Below are positions 24,973-33,656 of a DNA stretch of 37,669 nt, piece by piece. The stretch's first letter is position 1, and each line of letters begins with the position of its first letter. The position numbers were made by a program, and so were the translations under genes. Source of the DNA: a virus (taxonomy: Duplodnaviria > Caudoviricetes); IMG/VR virus record IMGVR_UViG_3300042191_000309, positions 1-37,669 of that record. One strand, written 5' to 3'. Under the pieces are notes generated by a model that was not told the DNA's origin, searched no databases, and saw only the letters and a program-made list of their open reading frames with translations.

Positions 24973-25179
24973 ATGAGAAACCCTACAACGTGGAATCCCA
25001 AAGGGGTATCAAAGGGAAAGCAGATCGCCCTGCGCCTGCTGCCAGCCGAGGAGGCCGAGGCGGTGAAGTTAGCCAAGGAGCGCCATCAGTCGCGCTCGGC
25101 GATGGCGCGCGAGGCCTACCTGCTTGGTTTGCCGCTGCTGAAGGAACAACCACTTCCAAAGGATGGAAATCATGACTGA
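24973..25179 (+). CDS. Small DNA-binding protein, RHH-like, at the Cox/Cro position
   Basis: IALRL beta strand followed by two helices (SRSAMAREAYLLGL); first gene of the early operon. Confidence 0.7.
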   Translation: MRNPTTWNPKGVSKGKQIALRLLPAEEAEAVKLAKERHQSRSAMAREAYLLGLPLLKEQPLPKDGNHD

Positions 25180-26002
25180 CCAACTCTTCCCCGTCCCTTT
25201 CTATCAAGACACGATGGTGCTGGTCGATCACGATGGACAGCCTTTCGTGGCGATGAAGCCCATCGTCACCAACATGGGTTTGGACTGGAAAGTCCAGCAC
25301 ACAAAGCTGACCGATAAATTCGGTTCAGTTATGGTGATAATCACCACAACTGGCGCTGACGGCAAACAGTACGAGATGGTCTGCCTCCCCCTACGCAAAA
25401 TCCCCGCCTTCCTCTACTCGGTCAATCCCGGCAAGATCAAGCCCGAACTGCGCGAGAAGATCGTGCGCTACCAGTCCGAGTGCGACGACGCGCTGTGGGA
25501 TTACTGGACTCAGGGGGTGGCCGTCCGCCAAAGCGTGGCGTCCGATGCCCAGTTCATCAGCCTGAACCGCACGGCAACCGCCCTGCTCCAGCAGTTGCAG
25601 CGCGAAACCGACCCGGAGGCGCGCCGCTACGTCCACGAGCAACTGGTGGGTGTCAGCCAGAAGCTGGGCATCCAGCCTCCCGCCCTTGAAAGAATCGGCC
25701 GCACCGCCCTGCCAGACCACGAAAGCCCGTTGATCGAGGAGTTCTGGGAGGTGTTCGGCATGCTGGCCGTGCCCGGCAGCAAGCTCGACCACTCCCGCAA
25801 CAAGAGCGTCATCGCCATCAATATGCCGCAGGTGCGCGCCGCCGCCATCGCGGCCAAGCTGGCGCTGCCGGAAACATTGGAATTGCGCAGGATGCTCAAG
25901 CACAGCCAGTCGCCCCGCTTCATCGAGATCAAGGCGGTCAGCAGCATCCATACGCGCAGCACTGTGAAGTGCTGGGTCTTTGAAGCCAGCAAGGAACAAT
26001 AA
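25172..26002 (+). CDS. Antirepressor (P22 Ant N-terminal domain) fused to a replicase-CTD-like domain
   Basis: VPFYQD..PFVAMKPIVTNMGLDW..GADGKQYEMVCLPLRK..YQSECDDALWDYW; C-terminus matches the primase-helicase C-terminus. Confidence 0.88.
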   Translation: MTDQLFPVPFYQDTMVLVDHDGQPFVAMKPIVTNMGLDWKVQHTKLTDKFGSVMVIITTTGADGKQYEMVCLPLRKIPAFLYSVNPGKIKPELREKIVRYQSECDDALWDYWTQGVAVRQSVASDAQFISLNRTATALLQQLQRETDPEARRYVHEQLVGVSQKLGIQPPALERIGRTALPDHESPLIEEFWEVFGMLAVPGSKLDHSRNKSVIAINMPQVRAAAIAAKLALPETLELRRMLKHSQSPRFIEIKAVSSIHTRSTVKCWVFEASKEQ

Positions 26003-26064
26003 GCCGTGCACACCTTTCTCCCCATCGTTTTTATGAACACGCAACCACACTCCTGCGTGTGTTC

Positions 26065-26103
26065 AGGCTGGGCGGGTGTGCACCCCCCAGCCTATTTTTA
26101 TTT
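26065..26103 (+). terminator. Intrinsic terminator/attenuator within the early operon
   Basis: AGGCTGGG...CCCAGCCT followed by ATTTTTATTT. Confidence 0.65.
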
Positions 26104-26118
26104 GAAGCAAGCATAGCC

Positions 26119-26703
26119 ATGGCCAAGCGAAATCTCATGCAGCGCAGTTCGCACACCTGGATCGCCGTCATCCGAGACACCGTGGAGGCCTGGCGCAAGC
26201 AGAACGGCTGGAGCCGCGAGACGGCTGCCCAGATGATCGTGGAGGCGCACGAGCGCGAGGGGCTGCACCAGGTGAGCGGCATCGTGTTCGACCCGCAAAC
26301 GCGCGACACCTATGAGCGCATGAAGGTCAACGCCGACCGCATCTTCCGCTGGCTGGACGATGTGACCAAGGACAACAACCTGCTGTGCGCGAACTTCATC
26401 CCGTCGATTCTCGCCGCCCTGCCGGCCGAGCAGCGCATGCACCTGGTGGACGATCTGCTGCGCGGCCACGGAATGGCCTGCCGGATGATCGCGAGCGAAT
26501 CCGACGACACGCCCATCGGCATGCTGCGCTCGATGATGGTGGAATCGTCCGAGGCTTCGCAGGCCGTCGCCGCCCTGCTCGATGGCGAAGACCCGGGCGA
26601 GCTGGAGATGGCGCAGCGCCAGATCGCCGAGGCGATGGCGGTGATGGAGAACGCGAGGAATATGGTGGAAGCAATGATGAAGGGGGGAACCCATGCCGCC
26701 TAA
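26119..26703 (+). CDS. Phage regulatory protein, possibly CII/YdaT-like
   Basis: VEAWRKQNGWSRETAAQMI, RIFRWLDD, IPSILAALP, helical C-terminus; position before ogr. Confidence 0.55.
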   Translation: MAKRNLMQRSSHTWIAVIRDTVEAWRKQNGWSRETAAQMIVEAHEREGLHQVSGIVFDPQTRDTYERMKVNADRIFRWLDDVTKDNNLLCANFIPSILAALPAEQRMHLVDDLLRGHGMACRMIASESDDTPIGMLRSMMVESSEASQAVAALLDGEDPGELEMAQRQIAEAMAVMENARNMVEAMMKGGTHAA

Positions 26704-26956
26704 ACACCGCGAGACAAACGCGATGCGAATCTCGTGTCCGCACTGCGGAAGCAAGGCCGCCATCAGGACCAGCAAAGAGGTTTCCCTCATCACCCGAGAG
26801 CTGTACTTACAATGCACCAACTACCAGTGCGGCCACAGCTGGACATCCCTGCTCTCGGCGATACGCACCATCGTGCCATCACAGCTTCCGAACCCAGCGG
26901 TGTTCATTCCGCTTTCAGAAAAAGCCCGTGTTCCAGAGCCATCGCCGACCGGGTGA
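26693..26956 (+). CDS. ogr: Ogr/Delta zinc-finger late activator
   Basis: CPHCG..IRTS..ELYLQCTNYQCGHSW..TIVPS..PNP; alternative start at 26723. Confidence 0.92.
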   Translation: MPPKHRETNAMRISCPHCGSKAAIRTSKEVSLITRELYLQCTNYQCGHSWTSLLSAIRTIVPSQLPNPAVFIPLSEKARVPEPSPTG

Positions 26957-27043
26957 TCCGGCCTAAGTAACTCCTAAACCAGACACAGAGACGCATGCCT
27001 TTTAAGGCTGCGAAGGGATTTTTTTACCTGAAATTTACGAACG

Positions 27044-29749
27044 ATGAACCCACGCCTACATTCAGACCTGATGCGCCACCTCGACCGGGACTACGGTTTC
27101 AAGGTCGAGGGCGCCTACCTGCGCAAGGGCGTGTGCCCGTCCTGCAGCAAGAAAGAGCTTTACGCCAACGCGGAGAAGCCCTGGGTGCTGCGCTGCGGGC
27201 GGCTGAACAAGTGCGGCGTGGAATACCACGTCAAGGAACTGTACCCGGACCTGTTCACCAACTGGAGCGAGCGCCATCCGGTGACGCAGCAGGATCCGAA
27301 TGCAGCCGCCGACGCCTACATGCGCGACGGCCGCGGCTTCGACCTGGTGAAGGTGCGCGGCTGGTACGAGCAGGAGAGCTACTTCGACCCGTTCCTTAAG
27401 CAAGGCTCGGCCACGGTGCGCTTCCCCCTGCCCGGCATCGGCTACTGGGAACGCATCATCGACAAGCCGGAGCGCTTCGGCAAACGTAAGGCTACGTTCA
27501 AGGGCGACTACAAGGGCACTTGGTGGGTCGCCCACGGCGTGGATCTCGCCGCCGAGGCGGTGGAAGAAATATGGCTCACCGAGGGCGTCTTCGACGCCAT
27601 CGCGCTGATGCACCACGACATCTCCGCCGCCACCCCGCTCTCCTGCAACAACTACCCGGACAAGGCACTCAAGGAGCTGGCCGCGAAGTGCGAAGCGGCC
27701 GGCCACGCGAAGCCGCGCCTGGTGTGGGCGCTGGACACCGGCAAGGCTGGGGAGCGCTTCACCAAGAAATACGTGGAGCGCAGCATCGCCGATGGCTGGG
27801 AAGCCGTCGCCGCGCAGCCGCCAGAGGAAGGCAAGCTCAAGCTGGATTGGAACGAGCTGCACCAGCGTGACAAGCTGACCGCGAAGGTGCTGGAGGATTC
27901 GCTCTATCGCGGCGCGCTGCTGATGGCCAAGACCGCGCACGAGAAGGCGCTGCTGATGTACAACCACGGCGGCCACGGCTCCTTCTACTTCGGTTTCGAC
28001 AACCGCATGTTCTTCTTCGAGATCGACATCGAGAAGTTCGGCAAGGCGCTGGACACGCTGGCCGAGTCGTTCCAGAACCTGACAGACGACGAGCGGCGCG
28101 AGCGCGCGATGATGGAATCGCACACCCTGCGCGAGATCGCCAACTGCTACTTCACCGCCCTCTACTACCAGGCGAACCTGCTCACCGACGAATCCTGGTA
28201 CTACCTGCGCGTGGACTTCCCGCACAGCGGCGAATCGGTCAAAAACACCTTCACCGGCTCGATGCTCACCAGCGCGGGCGAATTCAAAAAGCGCCTGCTC
28301 TCCATCGCCCCCGGCGCGGTCTACACCGGCAACGGCCAGCAGCTCGACCGCATCATGCAGCGGCAACTGTTCAACATCAAAACCGTCCAGACCATCGACT
28401 TCATCGGCTACAGCAAGGAACACAGCGCCTGGGTGTTCAACGACGTGGCGATACAGAACGGCAGAATGGTTCCGCTCAACGACGAGGACTTCTTCGACGT
28501 CGGCAAGCTCTCGATCAAGAGCCTGAACCGCTCGGTGGATCTGGCACTCAACACCGACACCAACGAATTCTCCACGGAATGGGTCGGCCTGCTGTGGCAG
28601 TGCTACCAGCACAAGGGCATCGCGGCGCTGGCCTTCTGGATGGGCAGCCTGTTTGCCGAGCAGATCCGCAACAAGCACAAGTCTTTCCCCTTCATCGAGC
28701 TGGTCGGCGAGCCGGGTGCCGGTAAATCGACCCTGATCGAATTCTTGTGGCGCCTGCTGGGCCGTAGCGACTACGAGGGCTTCGACCCGAGCAAATCAAC
28801 CATGGCGGCGCGCGCCCGTAACTTCTCGCAGGTGTCGAACATGCCGGTGGTGCTGATCGAGGGCGACCGCACCGAGGAAGATCGGGCCAAGCAAAAAGGT
28901 TTCGACTGGGACGAACTCAAGCCACTCTACAACGGCCGCAGCGTGTACAGCCGTGGCGTGAAGAACAGCGGCAACGAGACCTACGAGCCGCCCTTCCGTG
29001 GCGCGCTGGTGATCAGCCAGAACGCCAACGTCAACGCCTCCGACGCGATCATGCAGCGTATCTGCCACATCGGCTTCGACCTGGCATCGCACACGCAGGA
29101 AAGCAAGCACGCAGCGGACGAGCTGGGCCAGATCGGCGTGGATGCGCTCTCCGGATTCATGATCAAAGCCACGATGGCCGAGAAAGCCATCCTCGCCAGC
29201 TTCGAAGAGCGCCTGCCGTTTCACGAGAAGCGCCTGCTCAAGGTGCAGGGTGTGCGCAACCTGCGCATCGTCAAGAACCACGCCATGCTGGCCGCGCTGG
29301 TGGATGCCCTATCCCATGTGCTGTACATCGGCAACGCCGAGCGCGAACTCACCCATGCCTTCATCGAAGACATGACATCAGAGCGTCAGGAAGCGATCAA
29401 CGCCGACCACCCGGCAGTGCAGACCTTCTGGGAGACCTACGAATTCCTGAACGGCGACGACAAGGCCCCGCGACTGAACCACTCCCGCCGTGACGAGCAG
29501 CAGATCGCCATCAACCTCAACCACTTCGTGGCCGTTGCCTCCGACTTCCGCCAGCAGATACCTGATCTGGGCGAGTTGAAGAAGCTGCTAAAGACCAGCC
29601 GCGTCCGCAAGTTCGTCTGCATCAAGCCGGTGAATAGCGCCATCCATGCCGCATGGAACTCAAACCGCGCGAAGGAAGGCGGCGCGGAAAGACCGGAGAC
29701 CGTGAAGTGCTGGGTATTCGAGCAACCGAAGAAGGGAGCGCAACCATGA
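27044..29749 (+). CDS. Replication protein: Zn finger, TOPRIM primase and P-loop helicase (P4 alpha-like architecture)
   Basis: CPSC..CGRLNKCG; WLTEGVFDAIAL, WALD, DWNE; Walker A GEPGAGKST. Confidence 0.92.
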   Translation: MNPRLHSDLMRHLDRDYGFKVEGAYLRKGVCPSCSKKELYANAEKPWVLRCGRLNKCGVEYHVKELYPDLFTNWSERHPVTQQDPNAAADAYMRDGRGFDLVKVRGWYEQESYFDPFLKQGSATVRFPLPGIGYWERIIDKPERFGKRKATFKGDYKGTWWVAHGVDLAAEAVEEIWLTEGVFDAIALMHHDISAATPLSCNNYPDKALKELAAKCEAAGHAKPRLVWALDTGKAGERFTKKYVERSIADGWEAVAAQPPEEGKLKLDWNELHQRDKLTAKVLEDSLYRGALLMAKTAHEKALLMYNHGGHGSFYFGFDNRMFFFEIDIEKFGKALDTLAESFQNLTDDERRERAMMESHTLREIANCYFTALYYQANLLTDESWYYLRVDFPHSGESVKNTFTGSMLTSAGEFKKRLLSIAPGAVYTGNGQQLDRIMQRQLFNIKTVQTIDFIGYSKEHSAWVFNDVAIQNGRMVPLNDEDFFDVGKLSIKSLNRSVDLALNTDTNEFSTEWVGLLWQCYQHKGIAALAFWMGSLFAEQIRNKHKSFPFIELVGEPGAGKSTLIEFLWRLLGRSDYEGFDPSKSTMAARARNFSQVSNMPVVLIEGDRTEEDRAKQKGFDWDELKPLYNGRSVYSRGVKNSGNETYEPPFRGALVISQNANVNASDAIMQRICHIGFDLASHTQESKHAADELGQIGVDALSGFMIKATMAEKAILASFEERLPFHEKRLLKVQGVRNLRIVKNHAMLAALVDALSHVLYIGNAERELTHAFIEDMTSERQEAINADHPAVQTFWETYEFLNGDDKAPRLNHSRRDEQQIAINLNHFVAVASDFRQQIPDLGELKKLLKTSRVRKFVCIKPVNSAIHAAWNSNRAKEGGAERPETVKCWVFEQPKKGAQP

Positions 29750-29937
29750 GCAAACAACTCGCCCTGCCGCTGGACATACCCGAAGACCTGATGCGCAAGG
29801 CGCACCAGCAATGCCGGTGCAAAAAGGAGTTCGAGGAGGCAATGAAGTTGAATCATTTTCGCATCAGCTTAAGGCGCGTTGCGATGTTGATAGCGGCACG
29901 TAGGAGCGGCAAAAAACAGCACCCGGAAACACATTAA
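29746..29937 (+). CDS. Hypothetical protein
   Basis: ATGA overlap with the replicase, SD AAGGGAG. Confidence 0.65.
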   Translation: MSKQLALPLDIPEDLMRKAHQQCRCKKEFEEAMKLNHFRISLRRVAMLIAARRSGKKQHPETH

Positions 29938-29959
29938 TTAATGACCAATGGAGACCACC

Positions 29960-30136
29960 ATGATCGCAATCGGCAACCCCAGCACCACCACCCTGCAGCA
30001 GGCCGCGCAGATGGCAACTGCGTCGCACCTGCACCTGATCACCCGCAACGGCAAAACCGTCCTCTCGCCCGTCGTGCCGCAAGGCTGGGCCAAGGTCGGC
30101 GGCGGCAACCTCAAGACGGATGCGCGCCATGCGTGA
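29960..30136 (+). CDS. Hypothetical protein
   Basis: SD GGAG, phage-like codon usage. Confidence 0.65.
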   Translation: MIAIGNPSTTTLQQAAQMATASHLHLITRNGKTVLSPVVPQGWAKVGGGNLKTDARHA

Positions 30137-30245
30137 CTGGTGGCTATCCCTCTCCCCGTCCGAGCGGGATGACTTCCTCGGTACTGCATTAGTAACGGTA
30201 ACCGCGCTCGCGATGCTTTTCATAGCTATCGCGCTGATGTGGTAA
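30129..30245 (+). CDS. 38-aa single-TM membrane peptide (not in the ORF track)
   Basis: MRDWWLSLSPSERDDFLGTALVTVTALAMLFIAIALMW; overlaps the previous stop and fills the gap. Confidence 0.6.
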   Translation: MRDWWLSLSPSERDDFLGTALVTVTALAMLFIAIALMW

Positions 30246-30267
30246 CGAAAAACACAAGGAGACCAAC

Positions 30268-30684
30268 ATGAGCTTATTTGAAACTGAAGTGGCAGAAGCG
30301 TCGCGGAGCTTCATCAGCACAATGAACGTAATGGAGGCCAACCGTGAAGCAGCATACATGGTTGAGCAACTCGGCAATCTGCTGCGCGACGCTGGCATCG
30401 CCAACCACGCGACACTCGTCGTGCATGCCCACTACATGCCAACGAAAATTGACTACCGCATCCTGATCTATCGGCGTGCAGATGGGCTGCAACGAATCTT
30501 CGAGATGGTGGGCGCGGTAGTCACCACCAAAGGTGGGTACATGAAGCTGTGCGATGAGGGGCACTACAAAAAGAAGACCGTATTCCTTGAACTCCCTGAT
30601 CTGCACGTCATCGATCTGGATTTCGAGAGCGATGACATCACCAGAGAGATGCTGGACGAAGCGATCAAAGGCGGTGAGCAATGA
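30268..30684 (+). CDS. Hypothetical protein
   Basis: SD AAGGAG; coupled to the next gene. Confidence 0.75.
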   Translation: MSLFETEVAEASRSFISTMNVMEANREAAYMVEQLGNLLRDAGIANHATLVVHAHYMPTKIDYRILIYRRADGLQRIFEMVGAVVTTKGGYMKLCDEGHYKKKTVFLELPDLHVIDLDFESDDITREMLDEAIKGGEQ

Positions 30685-30974
30685 GCGCAACCTGCGGAAC
30701 AGTCCACTGCGCCAGGCGCGAACACCTAACCGCCGTGCTGATCAAGGCGTCGCTCGATCTCGCCAGCGAGGTCGATACCCTCAAGGTGGCGGCCAAGCTG
30801 GCGGAAGACGAGAACGCCCGCATCCAGGGAATCGTCGAGCGCACCTACGACGCCTGCGAGCAGCTGGGCGAGAAGATCGGCGAACCGGAAGAGAAGAAGC
30901 CTTGCCAGCACGTCTTCGTCGTTGCCGATGAGTGCGTGAAATGCGGCGCTCCCGAAGAGGAGACACACCTATGA
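30681..30974 (+). CDS. Hypothetical coiled-coil protein with C-terminal CQH..CVKC motif
   Basis: ATGA overlaps at both ends. Confidence 0.7.
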   Translation: MSATCGTVHCARREHLTAVLIKASLDLASEVDTLKVAAKLAEDENARIQGIVERTYDACEQLGEKIGEPEEKKPCQHVFVVADECVKCGAPEEETHL

Positions 30975-31456
30975 GCCGCCGCAACCACAAGCCCAAGCGC
31001 AACAAACGCTACGTGCGCAAGCACATCAACATCCCGGTGCTGCAAGGCCTGCGCGATGAGTTCGGCTACGTGCTGCACAGCTCCATGGTGGCGGCAGAGA
31101 ACGGCTACTTCTCCAAGGACCACTACGACCGCATCGGCGGGCTGCTCAACACCCTGTGGGGTGCGATGGAACTACGCCCGCTGAAGGATACGTCGGCCAA
31201 GCTGGTGATGGAAGGCGCGATGCGGGCAATGAACCAGGCCGGAGACCGCGGCACCGAGACCGACGTATGGGAACTGCGTCCGCTTGAGCAAGCCGCCATC
31301 CTCGCCGGGATCCAGAAGGCCGAAGAGTACCTGCCGAAGATGGACGTGCTCACCCTGCACGAGTCGCTCAGCCGCTTCAAGGCGATGCAGGTCGCCGACG
31401 AGATGGACTTCCACGCATTCAACAAGCCAAGCCATATTGAAAGGATCGCAGCATGA
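30971..31456 (+). CDS. Hypothetical protein
   Basis: SD GAGGAG, ATGA overlaps, basic N-terminus. Confidence 0.75.
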   Translation: MSRRNHKPKRNKRYVRKHINIPVLQGLRDEFGYVLHSSMVAAENGYFSKDHYDRIGGLLNTLWGAMELRPLKDTSAKLVMEGAMRAMNQAGDRGTETDVWELRPLEQAAILAGIQKAEEYLPKMDVLTLHESLSRFKAMQVADEMDFHAFNKPSHIERIAA

Positions 31457-32037
31457 ACGCACCAGCCCCACACATCCGCCCCGACATCCTGACCTACAGC
31501 GGCCAGTACTTCGACTTCCTCAATCCACACCTGAACGACTACAACATCCGCGACATTGCGCACGCCCTCTCGCACGTCTGCCGCTTCGCCGGGCACACCC
31601 GCGAGTTCTACAGCGTGGCGCAGCACTCGGTTCTGGTGGCGCGCTATGTGATGCACCGTGCTGCGCCGGACGACATCATCAGCCACGGTCGCGACGCACT
31701 GCTGCACGACGCTGCCGAAGCCTACCTGGGCGACATCACCCGACCGCTCAAGCAACTGCTGCCGGACTACAAGGTCATCGAAGCGCACACCGAAGCCGCA
31801 CTGTTCGCGGCCTTCGGCCTCAGCTTCCATTCCGAATGGACGATGCCCAAGATCGTCAAGCACGCCGACCTGGTGCTGCTGGCCACCGAGCAGCGCGACC
31901 TGATGCCACCGCACGACGATGAATGGCTGCTTATCGCTGGCATCGAGCCGCTGCCGGAGATCATCAACCCGTGGCATCCGGAGAAGGCCTGCCGCGAGTT
32001 CATGAAGATGTGGGATGAGCTGAGAGGGGGTGAGTGA
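31453..32037 (+). CDS. HD-domain phosphohydrolase (YfbR/YfdR-like)
   Basis: DIAHALS, RFAGH, YSVAQHS, LLHDAAEAYLGDI, VKHAD..LATEQRDL. Confidence 0.9.
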   Translation: MNAPAPHIRPDILTYSGQYFDFLNPHLNDYNIRDIAHALSHVCRFAGHTREFYSVAQHSVLVARYVMHRAAPDDIISHGRDALLHDAAEAYLGDITRPLKQLLPDYKVIEAHTEAALFAAFGLSFHSEWTMPKIVKHADLVLLATEQRDLMPPHDDEWLLIAGIEPLPEIINPWHPEKACREFMKMWDELRGGE

Positions 32038-32465
32038 TGAAGATGGCTAAAGCAAGCGAGAGCGACCTGAACGCAGCTCTAGAAATGTGCCGCGCACTTG
32101 ATGCGCTGGAAGATGGTTCGCTTCCTGATGAAATGACAGAAGGAGAGGATGTTGTTTTTTACGATGCTAAAGAACACGCCGAAAAAGTGGTCGAGCACCT
32201 TATTTCGATCCAAAAGCGCGCATCGCTGTTCAGGGTTTGTTTCGGTATGACTGTGGTGCTTGACCCCAAAAACGAGATGGTCGATCCGAGTCTGGATCAC
32301 ATTGAGTTTCATCCGAAGATCGTGCGCATAACCGAGCAGCGCGACGAGCTTCTGAAAGTACTGAAGGACGACGCATGCCGATTATTGCGCGCATCCGGCT
32401 ATGCGATGGAAGGAACAGCAACCAAACGAATTCTTGATGCCATCACCAAAGCGGAGGCCGTATGA
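32034..32465 (+). CDS. Hypothetical protein
   Basis: Coupled ORF; QRDELL..L C-terminal module common in phage early genes. Confidence 0.7.
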   Translation: MMKMAKASESDLNAALEMCRALDALEDGSLPDEMTEGEDVVFYDAKEHAEKVVEHLISIQKRASLFRVCFGMTVVLDPKNEMVDPSLDHIEFHPKIVRITEQRDELLKVLKDDACRLLRASGYAMEGTATKRILDAITKAEAV

Positions 32466-32713
32466 ACTGCACCTGCATATCCGACCTTGAGAAGAAGTCA
32501 AAGGCGCACTTTGTCGAACGTGGGATGTTCAAGAAACCCATCAAGTCCGTAGTCATGAAAGGCGTGACGCTTGGTATCACCGATACCCAGTGCGTTACGC
32601 GGACCGCGAACTATCTGGAGATCGAGCTTGAAGGACAGAAGAAAAAGGAACAAATCGCCATGTTCCACACCTTCTGCCCATTCTGTGGCGTGAAGCAGGG
32701 AGTCGAAGAATGA
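32462..32713 (+). CDS. Small zinc-binding protein
   Basis: N-terminal CTC and C-terminal FCPFCG. Confidence 0.75.
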   Translation: MNCTCISDLEKKSKAHFVERGMFKKPIKSVVMKGVTLGITDTQCVTRTANYLEIELEGQKKKEQIAMFHTFCPFCGVKQGVEE

Positions 32714-33129
32714 TGCCAACCGACCAACTCACCGGCGTCCACACCCTGCTGGCCAGCCTGCTCGCATCCATCGACAAGGACGCCATCAACGGCACCTTCG
32801 AGCTGCTGGCCGGGCTGTTCGTGCTCAACCACTGCCGCGTGCTCAACCACTGCCGCGTGCTCAAGGCGCACAAGCAGGTGCGCGGCGTATCGCTCACCAG
32901 CGTGGCCTTCTTCACGCTCTGGGGCGTCTGGAACATGTACTACTACCCAGCGCTCGGCCAGCCGATCAGCTTCTGGGGCGGCGTGTTCGTGGTCGCTGCC
33001 AATGCCTTCTACCTCGGCATGATGCTCCGCTACCGCCACATCGAATCTCTGGAGATATTCGACGAGCACCAGATCTACCTCGGCGCGGAGAGCGCCCGCT
33101 GCATACCGGGAACGGGAGACAAAGCGTGA
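32710..33129 (+). CDS. Three-TM membrane protein, PQ-loop/SemiSWEET-like
   Basis: Three hydrophobic helices with K.VRGVS loop; in-frame 18-bp duplication. Confidence 0.6.
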   Translation: MMPTDQLTGVHTLLASLLASIDKDAINGTFELLAGLFVLNHCRVLNHCRVLKAHKQVRGVSLTSVAFFTLWGVWNMYYYPALGQPISFWGGVFVVAANAFYLGMMLRYRHIESLEIFDEHQIYLGAESARCIPGTGDKA

Positions 33130-33656
33130 ATATCGTAGAAGAAACCATCCGCCGTATCACGATCAGCGGCGTCCCACACCTTGACCCAATTCGAGTTGCA
33201 CTGGAAGACATCGAGGCTGGGAAAGGTCGGGTCAACATCGAATGTTACGGAACAAGCTGGGCCTGCTACTGGGGCGCGATGGGCGAAGAAACCATTGCCG
33301 AATTTTTCACGACCAGCGATCAGCACTACCTCGCAAAAAAGTTGAGCAGCATAGATTCGGAGGTGTTCGACCCTGACAACTTAAAAGAAACATTGAAGCG
33401 CGAGGTAATCAGAGAGCGTCGCGAACGGCTGATTTATGCAGATGAAGCTCGGAAAAGATTCGATGCAATCGACGATATAGACCTTCCGGAGCATGAGGCG
33501 CAGCTGTGGTCAATATCCAAGGAACTGGACGAGATCATGGGCGAGGAATGGTGGTATCGCTTGCCCAAGAAACCGAACTCTGATTACGAGTACCTGTGCC
33601 GAATCATCCGCACCGTGCAGGAAGCGCTCAGGCAGTTGAAAGGCGGTGCAGCATGA
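33126..33656 (+). CDS. Hypothetical phage protein
   Basis: Coupled ORF (LDPIRV..GRVNIECYG.SW..YWGAMG). Confidence 0.75.
   Translation: MNIVEETIRRITISGVPHLDPIRVALEDIEAGKGRVNIECYGTSWACYWGAMGEETIAEFFTTSDQHYLAKKLSSIDSEVFDPDNLKETLKREVIRERRERLIYADEARKRFDAIDDIDLPEHEAQLWSISKELDEIMGEEWWYRLPKKPNSDYEYLCRIIRTVQEALRQLKGGAA

Noticed and set aside
17412-28678. Long antisense ORFs (e.g. 17412-18674, 22372-23637, 27062-28678)
   Set aside because: Shadow frames of high-GC3 genes on the opposite strand
27044-29749. P2 gpA rolling-circle initiator
   Set aside because: Motifs are Zn finger, TOPRIM and Walker A, not HUH
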